A DNA stretch of 64,000 nt from Lentisphaeria bacterium (GTDB taxonomy: Bacteria > Verrucomicrobiota > Lentisphaeria > JABSQK01 > JAWLHB01). Each line of letters begins with the position of its first letter. Positions within the stretch are counted from its first letter, which is position 1. Where the stretch lies: positions 1 through 64,000 of the forward strand of contig JAWLHB010000030.1 of assembly GCA_041690595.1 (NCBI GenBank). Reading direction: 5' to 3'. The notes beneath the pieces are model-generated. The model saw only the letters and a list, made by a program, of their open reading frames with translations. It was not told the origin of the DNA and made no database searches. The translations under genes were made by a program, and so were the position numbers. Below, one piece after another: positions 8,427-18,210 of the stretch.

Positions 8427-10280
8427 ATGGGAATCTGGTTGGACAAGATACAAAGAGAAAAGGCCGGTTCTGCCGAACGTTGTGGGCTCATGCGGACGGT
8501 ATTGACATTATGCTGCTCGCTGCTGATGATGCATGGCGCGTATGCGGATCTTGAACTGCTCGACTCCTTCAGCGGCAACTATTCGCTTTCCGTCGATGGC
8601 GGCGGGGCCGTCCAGGAGTCGTACACCATCGAGGTGCTCCGACCGAACAATCGGGCCACCGTGCTCAAGGCCTATGTCATGGCCGCGGCAGTTTTCGGCA
8701 ACACCGTCGACAATGGCGATGTCCTCATCAATGGAACTCCTGTAACCTGGGCCAGCACCCTGCAGAACGGCGACTTCCATAATGGCGTAGCCGACGTCAC
8801 GTCGCTGGTCAAGCCAATCGTCGATGGCACTTCCGTCGTCTCGCCGGGCGGTGAACGCATCAGTTTCACCTTCACCGAAGTGGAGACCAGCAGCGATCTG
8901 ATCGACGGCTGTGCACTGGCGGTGGTTTTCGACGATCCGCAGGCACCGGTGCAGACCGTCTTTCTGCTTTTCGGCGGTCTTTCACCGACAGGCGATCGGT
9001 TCAGCATCACGACTGGTGAAGTCATCCCGACCGATGGCCGCGCGGACATGGGGCTGGGCATCTCCTTCGGCAGCCAGCCGGGAGATCAAGTCAGCCTAAT
9101 CGACGTGAACGGCCAACGACTCACCAGTACCGCCGGTGGTCAGGACGACTACCAGGGCAGCAGCAGCAGCAACGGCGCCTTGATCACCGTCGGTGGCCTG
9201 AATGACAGCAATGACAATCCCGTCAACCCGAGTACGTGGACTCCGGGCGATGGGGGCACTCCCCCATACAGCCCCGATCCCCGCGACGATGATGAACTCT
9301 ACTCTCTGATCCCGTTCCTCGTCACCCCGTCCGCTGACACGATTGGTCCCGCCGCCACCAATATTCAGATAACCACCCTCAATCCGAGCAATGACGACAA
9401 TATCTTCTTCGCCTATTTCATGATGTCGGGCTCCGCCATACTCGGGGAAGGCATGGTCCTCAGTCCCGCCGAGGCAACAAAGGCTGTGGGTTCCAGCCAT
9501 TCCGTGACGGCAACCCTGGTGGACGCCGGCGGCGATCCTCTGGTCGGGCGCAGCATTCGGCTGAAGGTCATTTCGGGGCCGAATGCCAATGCGGAGAGCT
9601 CCGTGTTGACGACGGACGGCAACGGCCAGGCCAGTTGGAGCTATCCAGACCTGGCACAGCTCGTCGGTACCGACCGTATCGAAGGTTCCTTTATCAATTC
9701 CGATGAGATCGAGCAGTATTCAAACATAGTCAGTGTCACCTGGCAGGACTCCGTCGAGGAAATGGTGCAGAGCATCGATCTGTACACGGGTTGGAATCTG
9801 GTTTTCCTTCAGGTCGATCCGGATGAGACGGATCCGTCGCAGCTTTTCGGCAGCGATACGTACGTCTACAGCTTCCGCAAGGAAGGAGCAGGATACACAC
9901 CCACCTATGCCTACGACCTGGAAACAGGCAGCGGCTCGCTCAGTGGCGGCCGTGTTTACTGGGTCTTCGAGCCGGAGCGCTATTTCGAGTACTCGCCGGG
10001 GGTTCAGTACTACAGCCGCACGGTGGAGATCACCGGCAACAGGAACACCAACAGCTCGGTCTTGCTGACGCGGGCGTGGAATCTGCTCGGCGTACAGCAG
10101 CAACAGCTGCTGCCACGCTCATCGACCATCCTCTCGGTCTGGTATTGGGATGCTGAGCTGGAAGATTACCAGCGGCCGGCGATAGACACCAGCACCGGAC
10201 GGTACATCCTGTTGCCGGGGGTTGGTTACTTCGTCTTTGTGTCGGAGCCGGTGCAGTTGCTGATCGACAGCACCAACTGA
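8427..10280 (+). CDS. Secreted protein: uncharacterised N-terminal beta domain, Ig-like (Big_1-type) domain and C-terminal GWNL-motif domain
   Basis: GAGGAG RBS before 8427. Signal-like MRTVLTLCCSLLMMHGAYA. Ig-like segment VTATLVDAGGDPLVGR...TTDGNGQASWSY...GTDRI. C-terminal LYTGWNLV and LTRAWNLLG. Start could be 8490. Confidence 0.7.
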   Translation: MGIWLDKIQREKAGSAERCGLMRTVLTLCCSLLMMHGAYADLELLDSFSGNYSLSVDGGGAVQESYTIEVLRPNNRATVLKAYVMAAAVFGNTVDNGDVLINGTPVTWASTLQNGDFHNGVADVTSLVKPIVDGTSVVSPGGERISFTFTEVETSSDLIDGCALAVVFDDPQAPVQTVFLLFGGLSPTGDRFSITTGEVIPTDGRADMGLGISFGSQPGDQVSLIDVNGQRLTSTAGGQDDYQGSSSSNGALITVGGLNDSNDNPVNPSTWTPGDGGTPPYSPDPRDDDELYSLIPFLVTPSADTIGPAATNIQITTLNPSNDDNIFFAYFMMSGSAILGEGMVLSPAEATKAVGSSHSVTATLVDAGGDPLVGRSIRLKVISGPNANAESSVLTTDGNGQASWSYPDLAQLVGTDRIEGSFINSDEIEQYSNIVSVTWQDSVEEMVQSIDLYTGWNLVFLQVDPDETDPSQLFGSDTYVYSFRKEGAGYTPTYAYDLETGSGSLSGGRVYWVFEPERYFEYSPGVQYYSRTVEITGNRNTNSSVLLTRAWNLLGVQQQQLLPRSSTILSVWYWDAELEDYQRPAIDTSTGRYILLPGVGYFVFVSEPVQLLIDSTN

Positions 10281-10358
10281 GCGTTCCGCGCCAATCACCC
10301 TGGTCGAGCACGATCGTCGCACCGGCCATTAGCGACACTATTCGCCGATAGCGAGAGC

Positions 10359-11135
10359 ATGAACGCGAACTCCAGTCCATTGCAGTTGAGTGTGGAGCTG
10401 CTCGAAACAGTGCCCCTCTCGCCTGTGCTCACCTGTTCATACTTTCACGACCGGCCGAGCCGCTACCGTGAGTTTCAGCTGGACGGCGATCCGAGCCCCG
10501 AACTCTTTGACCGCCTCCTCGAACTCGGTTATCGGCGGTGCGGCAACATCTACTATCAGACCCGCTGCCCCGGCTGCTCGGCCTGCAAGGGATATCGCGT
10601 GCCAGTGGCCGGATTCCGGCCGACACGCTCGCAGCGCCGCGTGCTGAAGCGCAACACGGATGTGGAGCTTCGGATCGTGGAGCCTCGGCTGGAGCCGGAG
10701 AAGGAGCAGCTTTATCTGCGGTATCAGCTGGAACAACATCACCTGCGGGATCTGAAGCGGGAACCCGACAAGGCCTCCACCTTCAAGCCGCAGCAACTGA
10801 TCGAGACGATGGTGCTGCAGATGTACACCAATCCGCCTCTCACCCGCGAGTTGCAGCTCTGCATGGATGATCAGCTGATCGGCTTCGGGACGCTGGACAT
10901 CGGGCGGACTTCCATCTCTGCCGTCTATTTTGTCTTCGACCCAAAGCATGGTGAACGGAGCCTGGGCACGCTGGCAATCCTGCGCGGCCTGCAATGGGCA
11001 AAGCAGAATGGCTATGGCATCTATTACCTTGGCTATTATATTGCCAATCATCCCAAGATGGCCTACAAGTGTCATTTCGGCCCCGCGGAAATCTTCGATG
11101 CCGCCACCACGATCTGGAACCCCGTACAGAGCTGA
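10359..11135 (+). CDS. Arginyl-tRNA-protein transferase-like (Ate/Bpt family)
   Basis: CSYF, LGYRRCG..YYQT.CP.C..C, TRSQRRVLKRN.D, SAVYFVFDP, RSLGT, YYLGYYI..HPKMAYK. Confidence 0.9.
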   Translation: MNANSSPLQLSVELLETVPLSPVLTCSYFHDRPSRYREFQLDGDPSPELFDRLLELGYRRCGNIYYQTRCPGCSACKGYRVPVAGFRPTRSQRRVLKRNTDVELRIVEPRLEPEKEQLYLRYQLEQHHLRDLKREPDKASTFKPQQLIETMVLQMYTNPPLTRELQLCMDDQLIGFGTLDIGRTSISAVYFVFDPKHGERSLGTLAILRGLQWAKQNGYGIYYLGYYIANHPKMAYKCHFGPAEIFDAATTIWNPVQS

Positions 11136-11138
11136 ACC

Positions 11139-11876
11139 GTGAACCTTATCGCCTGCCGCGCCGCCCTCGACACCTCATCCAGCCATGCTTCCTTCGCGGT
11201 GGCCACCGTTGACGGCGAGCTGCTCGTTGACATTCACGACGCCCCGATCGGCCGCCGATCCGCTGCCGTCCTGCCCCGCTTGCTGACCGCTCTGGGGGAG
11301 GCCGGCATCGACCTGAACCAGATCCGCGAGTGGACGGTCGGCATGGGGCCCGGGAGCTTCACCGGAATCCGTCTCGGCGCCGCGCTCGTGAAGGGGATTT
11401 GCGCCGGTACCGGAGCACGCCATCGCGGCTTGCCCAGCAGCCTGGCCATGGCCGTTGCCGCGCCGGCAACGGGCGAGACTGTGGCCACGCTCCACGACGG
11501 CCGGCGCAACGAAGTCATCGTCAGCCTCTATCGCCGTGCGGGAGATGGCTGGCAACCGGCGAATGAGCCCCCCGCGGTGATGGCGATCGACCAGCTGCCG
11601 CAGGCGCTTCCGGCGGCGACAACCATCGTCATCCTGCGGGAGGATGGCGCCCGTAACCTGCTGCCGGCCGAGTTTCAGGATCGCGTGCAGGTGCTGCCCT
11701 GGCTCGATGCCCGCGGCCTTCTGGCGCCGCATGGCTGGCCGTGGGGTACAGCGGACAACGAAACTGAGGCCGCGGCGGAGCCCATTTATGTACGGCCAGC
11801 CGTCTTTGTTCCACCCACCGCACCAACCACGCACCCGATGGTGCGCCGCTTGCTCGATCGAGGAAATCAGTCTTAA
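11139..11876 (+). CDS. tsaB: tRNA threonylcarbamoyladenosine biosynthesis protein TsaB
   Basis: ALDTSS, VGMGPGSFTGIRLG, DGRRNEV, EPIYVR. Confidence 0.9.
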   Translation: MNLIACRAALDTSSSHASFAVATVDGELLVDIHDAPIGRRSAAVLPRLLTALGEAGIDLNQIREWTVGMGPGSFTGIRLGAALVKGICAGTGARHRGLPSSLAMAVAAPATGETVATLHDGRRNEVIVSLYRRAGDGWQPANEPPAVMAIDQLPQALPAATTIVILREDGARNLLPAEFQDRVQVLPWLDARGLLAPHGWPWGTADNETEAAAEPIYVRPAVFVPPTAPTTHPMVRRLLDRGNQS

Positions 11877-11885
11877 CGCCCGGAG

Positions 11886-12680
11886 ATGCCCATGAAACTG
11901 CCGAATGAAATCAAGGCCGATGTTCAGGAGCGCCTTGGCGCCTCGCCCGCACAGGTAGCCGTTCGCGCACTCGCCGATCTCGATGGCAATCTTGGCGAAG
12001 CCCACGTGATCAGCAACGGGCGCACCCTGCTGGTTTACTCCAGAAAGCTGGGCGACTCGATGCAGGTCATGCAGGTGCCGCTGGTCGATATCACCCGTCT
12101 TGACCTGGAAGAAGACCGCCCCTTCGCCTTTCTTCATGTGGGAACCGCTACGCTGACCTTCAGCTTGAAGTTCGGCACCATGGACAGTGCTGCTCTGCAA
12201 GCCGTCATCAGCCTCTGGCAGAAGGCGAGTGACGGAGGCGAAGAAGGCGCTGCGGCCCCTTCACCCGCGGCAACCGACGAAGCTGCGGCGCCGGAAAGCT
12301 CCGGGCTGACCCCGTTCGTGGCTTTCTGTGCTGCCCTTTACAGCATGATGGAGGTGGACGGCATGGCAGACGCCGAGGAACGCCATCAACTGGAGCGGCT
12401 GGTCGGCCGCCCGGAGATCGTCACCCGCGCCATCGAGTATCTTCGGCGGGATGGTGTGGACAAGCTTCTCGAGGAGCTTCCGAAGGTGCTGGACAAGGAG
12501 CAGCGGCTATGCCTGATGGCCAATCTGGTTGAGCTTGCCATGATCGACGGCTATCTGCGCGGTGCCGAGCAGGTGCTGCTGCAGAGATTCCTGAAGGTCC
12601 TGCAGCTGTCCACAGAGAATTACGATGCGATCTACGAGATCCTGACAATCAAGAACGACCTCTCCGGCTTTACCTCTTGA
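11886..12680 (+). CDS. TerB-family domain protein with an uncharacterised N-terminal beta-rich domain
   Basis: The C-terminal half FCAALYSMMEVDG.ADAEE...LMANLVELAMIDGYLRGAEQ follows the TerB-like pattern. Confidence 0.65.
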   Translation: MPMKLPNEIKADVQERLGASPAQVAVRALADLDGNLGEAHVISNGRTLLVYSRKLGDSMQVMQVPLVDITRLDLEEDRPFAFLHVGTATLTFSLKFGTMDSAALQAVISLWQKASDGGEEGAAAPSPAATDEAAAPESSGLTPFVAFCAALYSMMEVDGMADAEERHQLERLVGRPEIVTRAIEYLRRDGVDKLLEELPKVLDKEQRLCLMANLVELAMIDGYLRGAEQVLLQRFLKVLQLSTENYDAIYEILTIKNDLSGFTS

Positions 12681-12683
12681 ACA

Positions 12684-14696
12684 TCATTCGGCGAGCGCCG
12701 CCTGGCCGCTGAGCCTGGCAACCAGATCGAGTACCTCGGGGACATCGAAGGGCTTGGTCATGATGTACTCCACGCCAAGGCCTTCGAGTATCTTGCGCTC
12801 GGTTCGCCCGATCTGGCCGCTGATCACGACGATGGCGGGTCTCGCGTCGACGGGGATCTGCTGCTGTACCCGCTGGATGAATTCGATGCCGGAGATTCCC
12901 GGCAGCTTGAGGTCGACGAGCATGATGCTGAAGTTGTCCCCAGCCAATAGTTCCAGCGCAGTCTCGGCGTTGTCGACGGCCATGGCGCGATAGCCGGCCT
13001 CCAGCAGGACATCGCCAAGGAGCAGGCGAATCAGCGGCTCGTCGTCCAGGATGAGGATTCCTCCGGACTGAGCGTTCAAATCGAGTGTAGGCACCGGCTG
13101 ATCGGGAAAGGTGCTGTCGATGGACGGCAGGCTGATAGTAAAGGTCGTGCCGACGCCGGGAGTGCTGTTGAGCATAAGCTTGCCGTCGTGGTTGCGGATA
13201 ATGATCTCGCACACACTGAGCCCGAGCCCGGTGCCCCGAACCGAAGCTTCCGGGGATCCGTCACTGGCATGTTCGCCTTTGGTGCTGTAGAACGGCAGGA
13301 AGACCTTCACGAGGTTGTCAGGGAGGATGCCGCTGCCCGTATCCTTGACCTGCAGGAGGACCCGGTGATCCTGCTGCCGGGTGGCCAGCGTCAGGACGCG
13401 CTCGTGACGACCGATCATGGCATGGCGAGCATTGCTGATAAGGTTGACCAGCACGTAATGGAACTGATGACGGTCCGCACGGACGGGGGAAGTGGCCTGC
13501 AGATCGAGCCGCAACTCGACTTGATCGCGGGTCAACTCGGCGCCGATCATATCCACCACATCCTGCACCAGTTGAGCCGGCAGGATCTCTTCCTCCTTGA
13601 GGTGTGCCTCAGTGGCCAGGGCGGAAAGCTTGCGGATCGTGTCGCTGGCGCGTTCGATGGTCTTGCGAATGCGCATGAGCCGAGAAACGAAACTGTCCGG
13701 CACCTGGGGATCGGCGAGCATGAGGTCGGCATTGCCCAGGATGATGGCATGCATGTTGTTGAACTGGTGGGCGATGCCACTGGCGAGGGAACCGACAGCG
13801 GAGAGTTGCTGCGTGCGCAGGAGAGCAGCCTCCGCCGCCTTCAGATCGCTGATGTCGCGACAGACGCCAAGAATCGTGGCGGGTGCATCGTGGCCATCGC
13901 TCTCGCCAACCAGCCGGACGCTGTAGGTGCGTTCACCGAAGATGTGGTCGTGCGTCACCTCCACCTCGGCCGTCTCACCCGTCGAGAAGACCTTGTTCAC
14001 AACGGAATCGAGGGCGGCGCGACGTTCCGGCGCGCACAATAGCCGGCTGAGCCTCTGACCGATGATCTCGTCGCGTTTGCAGGCGGATCGCGACTCCAGA
14101 TTGGGGCTGGCATAGATGCAGGTGCCTTCGCGGTCGACGCGCAGGAAGATGTCGGGCGCATTCTCGACGAGGGTGCGATACTTCTGCTCGCTCAGGCGCA
14201 AGGCCTCCTCGATGGAGCAGCGGTGGGCGATCTCCTCGGCAAGCTGCTCGTTCGTCTGCCGCAACTCCTGGTTGAGCTGGGAAACCCACTGCAAATCGCG
14301 AAAACGAGCCAAGGCTACGGAGATGGCGTGCTGCAGGCGAGTCCGCTCAACCGGCTTGATGAGATAGGCGCCGATGCCGCGATCCGCCGCCGCCTCCATC
14401 AGCTCCGCGGAGTCATAAGCCGTGAGCATGATCATCGGCACTGGCTCGATCTCGAGCAGCCGGGGAATGACCTTTATGCCCGCCATCCGGTCGTCCTCGC
14501 CAGTCGCGGGGTCAGGCATCTGCGCGTCCAGGATCACCAGATCCGGAGTCAGTTCCGCCATCAGGCGACAGGCATCATCGGCGTCGACGGCAAAGCCGGC
14601 AACCTGCATGTCCAATGACTCCAGGATATCCTGCAGGTGCCGCCCAACCGTCGGCTCGTCATCAACCACCATCACACGCAAAACGGTATCCTCCAT
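12684..14696 (-). CDS. Hybrid sensor histidine kinase (REC-PAS-HisKA-HATPase-REC)
   Basis: VMVVDDE..DLVILD..KP; PAS YRTLVENAPD; GIAHQFNN; NLISNARHA; DTGSGI; PFYSTK; GTGLGL; C-terminal ILILDDE..LVDLKLP..KPF. Confidence 0.93.
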   Translation of the reverse strand: MEDTVLRVMVVDDEPTVGRHLQDILESLDMQVAGFAVDADDACRLMAELTPDLVILDAQMPDPATGEDDRMAGIKVIPRLLEIEPVPMIMLTAYDSAELMEAAADRGIGAYLIKPVERTRLQHAISVALARFRDLQWVSQLNQELRQTNEQLAEEIAHRCSIEEALRLSEQKYRTLVENAPDIFLRVDREGTCIYASPNLESRSACKRDEIIGQRLSRLLCAPERRAALDSVVNKVFSTGETAEVEVTHDHIFGERTYSVRLVGESDGHDAPATILGVCRDISDLKAAEAALLRTQQLSAVGSLASGIAHQFNNMHAIILGNADLMLADPQVPDSFVSRLMRIRKTIERASDTIRKLSALATEAHLKEEEILPAQLVQDVVDMIGAELTRDQVELRLDLQATSPVRADRHQFHYVLVNLISNARHAMIGRHERVLTLATRQQDHRVLLQVKDTGSGILPDNLVKVFLPFYSTKGEHASDGSPEASVRGTGLGLSVCEIIIRNHDGKLMLNSTPGVGTTFTISLPSIDSTFPDQPVPTLDLNAQSGGILILDDEPLIRLLLGDVLLEAGYRAMAVDNAETALELLAGDNFSIMLVDLKLPGISGIEFIQRVQQQIPVDARPAIVVISGQIGRTERKILEGLGVEYIMTKPFDVPEVLDLVARLSGQAALAE

Positions 14697-14938
14697 CGCT
14701 GCTCCTCAACCACCGGCGCGAACGGCAGTTGGCATAATCTAACGTGGATTGAATTGCTTGCAAATACTTATGAACAAGTGCAGCCATTTCAGAACAGACG
14801 CGGAAGAAGAATGTTGACGAGGCCGGACGTTCAGCCCGCCGAAGATCTCCGCCAGAACGGCGTATCGTGCCTGCTTGCAATCACCGGGCAAGCATTTATC
14901 TTTCGCTTCACAGCGTGAGAATTCAGCGGGGTCCGCGC

Positions 14939-15664
14939 ATGAATCGGCGATTCTTTACTTCAATACTGCCGGCACCCGGCGCCATGGTCGAGCTTTCCGA
15001 GGGCGAGGCCTATCATGCCCGCACAGTCCTGCGGGGAGGCGCGGGTGAGCGTATCGTGCTGCTGGATGGCCGTGGCGGCACCGCGCTCGCCGAAATCCTT
15101 GCCGGGGAAGGTTCACGCCGACGAGCGCCCGTCGCCTGCCGCATTCTGGAGTTGATCCAGCACGAGCCACCGCGCCGGCGCCTTCATCTGTACGTGGCGC
15201 CGCCGCGCCCCAAGCAGATGAGCCAGCTTGTTCGCCAAGCAACGGAGTTGGGCGTATATCATATCCAGCCCCTCCTCTGCGACTTCAGCGTCAGCAAACC
15301 CGACGAGCAGGCCGCGGAGGGATGGATGGATGACGCCCGCGAAGCCTGCAAGCAGTCGGGGAACCCTTACCTGCCTCAACTCGCCGCGCCGCGAAAGATA
15401 GCGGAAGTTCTTTCCAATTCGCCTTCAAAGGGATATGTTGGCTGGGTACCCGGGGATGGGGGCGCCGCGGTCTGTCGGCCGCCGGACACGGAGGGAGACT
15501 GGTCCCTGTGGATCGGCCCCGAAGGGGGCTTCAGCCCCGGGGAAATCGCCGCCATTCGCGAGAAGCAGCTCATGCCCCTCGCCCTTGGCCCCTACACGCT
15601 CAGAGTCGAAACTGCCGTCGTCGCCGGGCTTGCCTGGATGCACGGGGCAAGATCGGAATCATGA
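14939..15664 (+). CDS. rsmE: 16S rRNA m3U1498 methyltransferase RsmE
   Basis: HARTVLR, QATELGV, EACKQSG, IGPEGGFS, LGPYTLRVETA. Confidence 0.93.
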   Translation: MNRRFFTSILPAPGAMVELSEGEAYHARTVLRGGAGERIVLLDGRGGTALAEILAGEGSRRRAPVACRILELIQHEPPRRRLHLYVAPPRPKQMSQLVRQATELGVYHIQPLLCDFSVSKPDEQAAEGWMDDAREACKQSGNPYLPQLAAPRKIAEVLSNSPSKGYVGWVPGDGGAAVCRPPDTEGDWSLWIGPEGGFSPGEIAAIREKQLMPLALGPYTLRVETAVVAGLAWMHGARSES

Positions 15665-16428
15665 AACTCGCGCTTCGCCTCCCCACAACACCCGAGGGGC
15701 TGACGCCCTTCCTCGAAGCTATCGCCGGCCATGATGGCTGGGATGGTATCGAAATGTCTGCCGCCATCCTCGACACCGAGCATGGTTGGGAGGATCTGCT
15801 CGACGCCTTCGCGCTGCCCCTCCTCTCCGTGCACAGCCTGCTGCCCGTCAATGTCTCCAGATATCTCGCTGAGGCCGGTGACGTGGCGCGCCATGCCTTA
15901 CTCTCCTATATCCGCGCCCTGCTCGAAAAGGCCGCCGCGGCCGGCATCGACTACACCTCCATCGACCTGGGCGCAGATCGCGAGGCGGACGGAGACGACG
16001 CCCGTATCAAGGTGCGGGCCGACATGCTGCGTTCGCTGATGCCTCTCGCCGAAGGGCTGGAAGTCTCGGTTTGCCTCCCGCGCCGCCTGCCCAGACACCA
16101 GCTGCGCAAGGAGCCCGACGCGACGCTTCGCCTCGTCAACGACGTTGCCCATCGCTGTTGCCGGATCGCCCTCAACGTCTATCCCGACGAGCTTCCCGAC
16201 GCCTTCGATGTGCGGGTTTTTCTGCGCGGCATCCACCTGCACCTCGGCCTGATCCGCTGGCATTACGAGCCGCATCTGGGCATCCACATCAATCAGATCT
16301 TCTGCGGCGAATGGCTCGAGGCGCTGCGCTGGCTTGGCTATCGCGGCCCTCTGATCTTCTGCCCCCGTCACCTGGATGCTGCCACCTTCCAGCAGGAGGT
16401 CGTCCGCCTCGACACCGTCCTGGCATGA
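15661..16428 (+). CDS. Hypothetical protein, probable degenerate xylose-isomerase-like TIM barrel
   Basis: GWDGIE near the N-terminus and C-terminal LRWLGYRGPLIF pattern. ATGA-coupled to rsmE. Confidence 0.55.
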   Translation: MKLALRLPTTPEGLTPFLEAIAGHDGWDGIEMSAAILDTEHGWEDLLDAFALPLLSVHSLLPVNVSRYLAEAGDVARHALLSYIRALLEKAAAAGIDYTSIDLGADREADGDDARIKVRADMLRSLMPLAEGLEVSVCLPRRLPRHQLRKEPDATLRLVNDVAHRCCRIALNVYPDELPDAFDVRVFLRGIHLHLGLIRWHYEPHLGIHINQIFCGEWLEALRWLGYRGPLIFCPRHLDAATFQQEVVRLDTVLA

Positions 16429-16488
16429 TCCAGCCAGGGATATTGTTCGTTTGTCGGCAGCACTCATCTCAAGCCCCAAAGGTCCGCC

Positions 16489-18210
16489 ATGCCAGCTCAT
16501 ATTCCCAGCCTCAGCGAAGCATTTTCCGACGTCGATGGACTCTACGTAAACGCCGAGTATCGCGAGCATCAGAGCTACCGCTTCATTCATGACGCGAAGC
16601 ACCATCACCACCAGCCGCTGGCCGCCGCCTGTCAGCCAGGCAAGGATGCTTTCGCGATCCGTCATTGGACGATTCAAGACATCTACGACGGCACCTACCG
16701 GGATCGCATGCTGGCGCTGGCAGCACGCTATGGCATGAACGGCATCCAGTTCTCCGGCGACAACATCTACTGGGTCAACGACTCCCTGCTGCGATACAAC
16801 GCCTACGTCTTCACGGGGCAACTTTGCGAGCGCTGCCACGATCTTGGCATGAAAGCCTATTTCTGGACACACGAGATCAACGACTTCTTCCATGCCTTTG
16901 TCACTGGTGGCCAGTACGGCTTCTCCAATCAACTCGCCGGCGGCACCATCGACCTCTCCAGCGACTCCGGCATCTGGGATGTTCTTTACGAGAAATACGA
17001 CGTCTTCTTCCGACGTCTTCCCGGGGTCGATGGCTTGGTGCTCACGCTCAATGAATGCCAGGTGCCGGTCTTCCGCGATGACTGCGTGGTCTCGGACATG
17101 TCCGCCGCGGAGCGGGTGGCGCGAATCGGCCGCACGGTCAAGGCTGCCTGCGATGCCCACAACCGTCACCTCATCCTGCGCACCTTCTGTTACACCCCCG
17201 AGGAGATTGTCAACATCCGCAAGGGAGTCGAAGCAATCGGCGAGGATCTGACTCTGATGATCAAGTGTCAGCCGCACGATTGGCAGACCTTTTATCCGCA
17301 TAATTCCCTCATCGCCGCCCTGGCAGGCCACGACCTTATCGTGGAATTCGACATGGGCCACGAACCCATGGGCGCCGGTCACCTTCCCTATCCCGATGTC
17401 GACTATCTGCGTCACCGTTTCGACCACGCGGTGAAGCATGGGGTGCAGGGCGTGGCAGGTCGAATCGACCGTTTCCGCAATCATGCGGAAGGGACCCTGA
17501 ACTGGGCAAGTCTCTATGCCTTTTCGCGCATGGCCTGCGCTCCATCCACCACGGCCGATGTCATCTGGCAGGAGTACGCCGGCGCCGACTTCGGCCATGC
17601 CGCCGCGGACTTCATAGTCGATTTGGGCAGGCGTCTGTTCGAGGTCGGTACCCACACCTTTTTCCTTGGACGCGAATGGGGTACTGTGCATACCAACCTG
17701 CTCACTTTCGAGAAGCTCGAGCATCCGGAGCGGTGTAGCCGCGCCATGTGGGATCCCGACAACGAGGAAGCCGCCGCCACTCTCGCGCTCCTGCAGACAC
17801 CCACGCCAGAGTTCATCGCACAGATCAAAGCGAGCAAGTGGGCCGCGCGCGCCGACCTGGCCCGTCTGCGCGGCGAACTGGATGCCAGACAGAGCATCTT
17901 CACGCCCGACGATTTCGCCTACCTGGCCATGATGCTGGAACGCTATGCCATCATGGCCGAGGTCATCATGACCCAGCATCTCGTCATCCTGCAGGTGCGC
18001 CACGACGCGGCACTGCCACCGGAGAAACGAGCTTTCGGCACTCCGGTCAGCGATGCTCTCGCCCACCTGCGAAAGCTGGCCGCAGCGCATCCGCGCATCC
18101 TCAACGACGCCGCAAACGAAGGCTGCCAGGTTGCTCCGGAACGACTCGAACGCTTCTGCCGCAACGCGGAGCGGCATCTCACCGGCAACGCTGGACCTCA
18201 GAGCCAGTAG
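16489..18210 (+). CDS. Hypothetical protein, probable TIM-barrel glycoside hydrolase-like
   Basis: 573-aa ORF. AARYGMNGIQF, FFRRLPGVDGLVL and LILRTF resemble GH67/GH115-like barrels. No signal peptide. Confidence 0.5.
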   Translation: MPAHIPSLSEAFSDVDGLYVNAEYREHQSYRFIHDAKHHHHQPLAAACQPGKDAFAIRHWTIQDIYDGTYRDRMLALAARYGMNGIQFSGDNIYWVNDSLLRYNAYVFTGQLCERCHDLGMKAYFWTHEINDFFHAFVTGGQYGFSNQLAGGTIDLSSDSGIWDVLYEKYDVFFRRLPGVDGLVLTLNECQVPVFRDDCVVSDMSAAERVARIGRTVKAACDAHNRHLILRTFCYTPEEIVNIRKGVEAIGEDLTLMIKCQPHDWQTFYPHNSLIAALAGHDLIVEFDMGHEPMGAGHLPYPDVDYLRHRFDHAVKHGVQGVAGRIDRFRNHAEGTLNWASLYAFSRMACAPSTTADVIWQEYAGADFGHAAADFIVDLGRRLFEVGTHTFFLGREWGTVHTNLLTFEKLEHPERCSRAMWDPDNEEAAATLALLQTPTPEFIAQIKASKWAARADLARLRGELDARQSIFTPDDFAYLAMMLERYAIMAEVIMTQHLVILQVRHDAALPPEKRAFGTPVSDALAHLRKLAAAHPRILNDAANEGCQVAPERLERFCRNAERHLTGNAGPQSQ

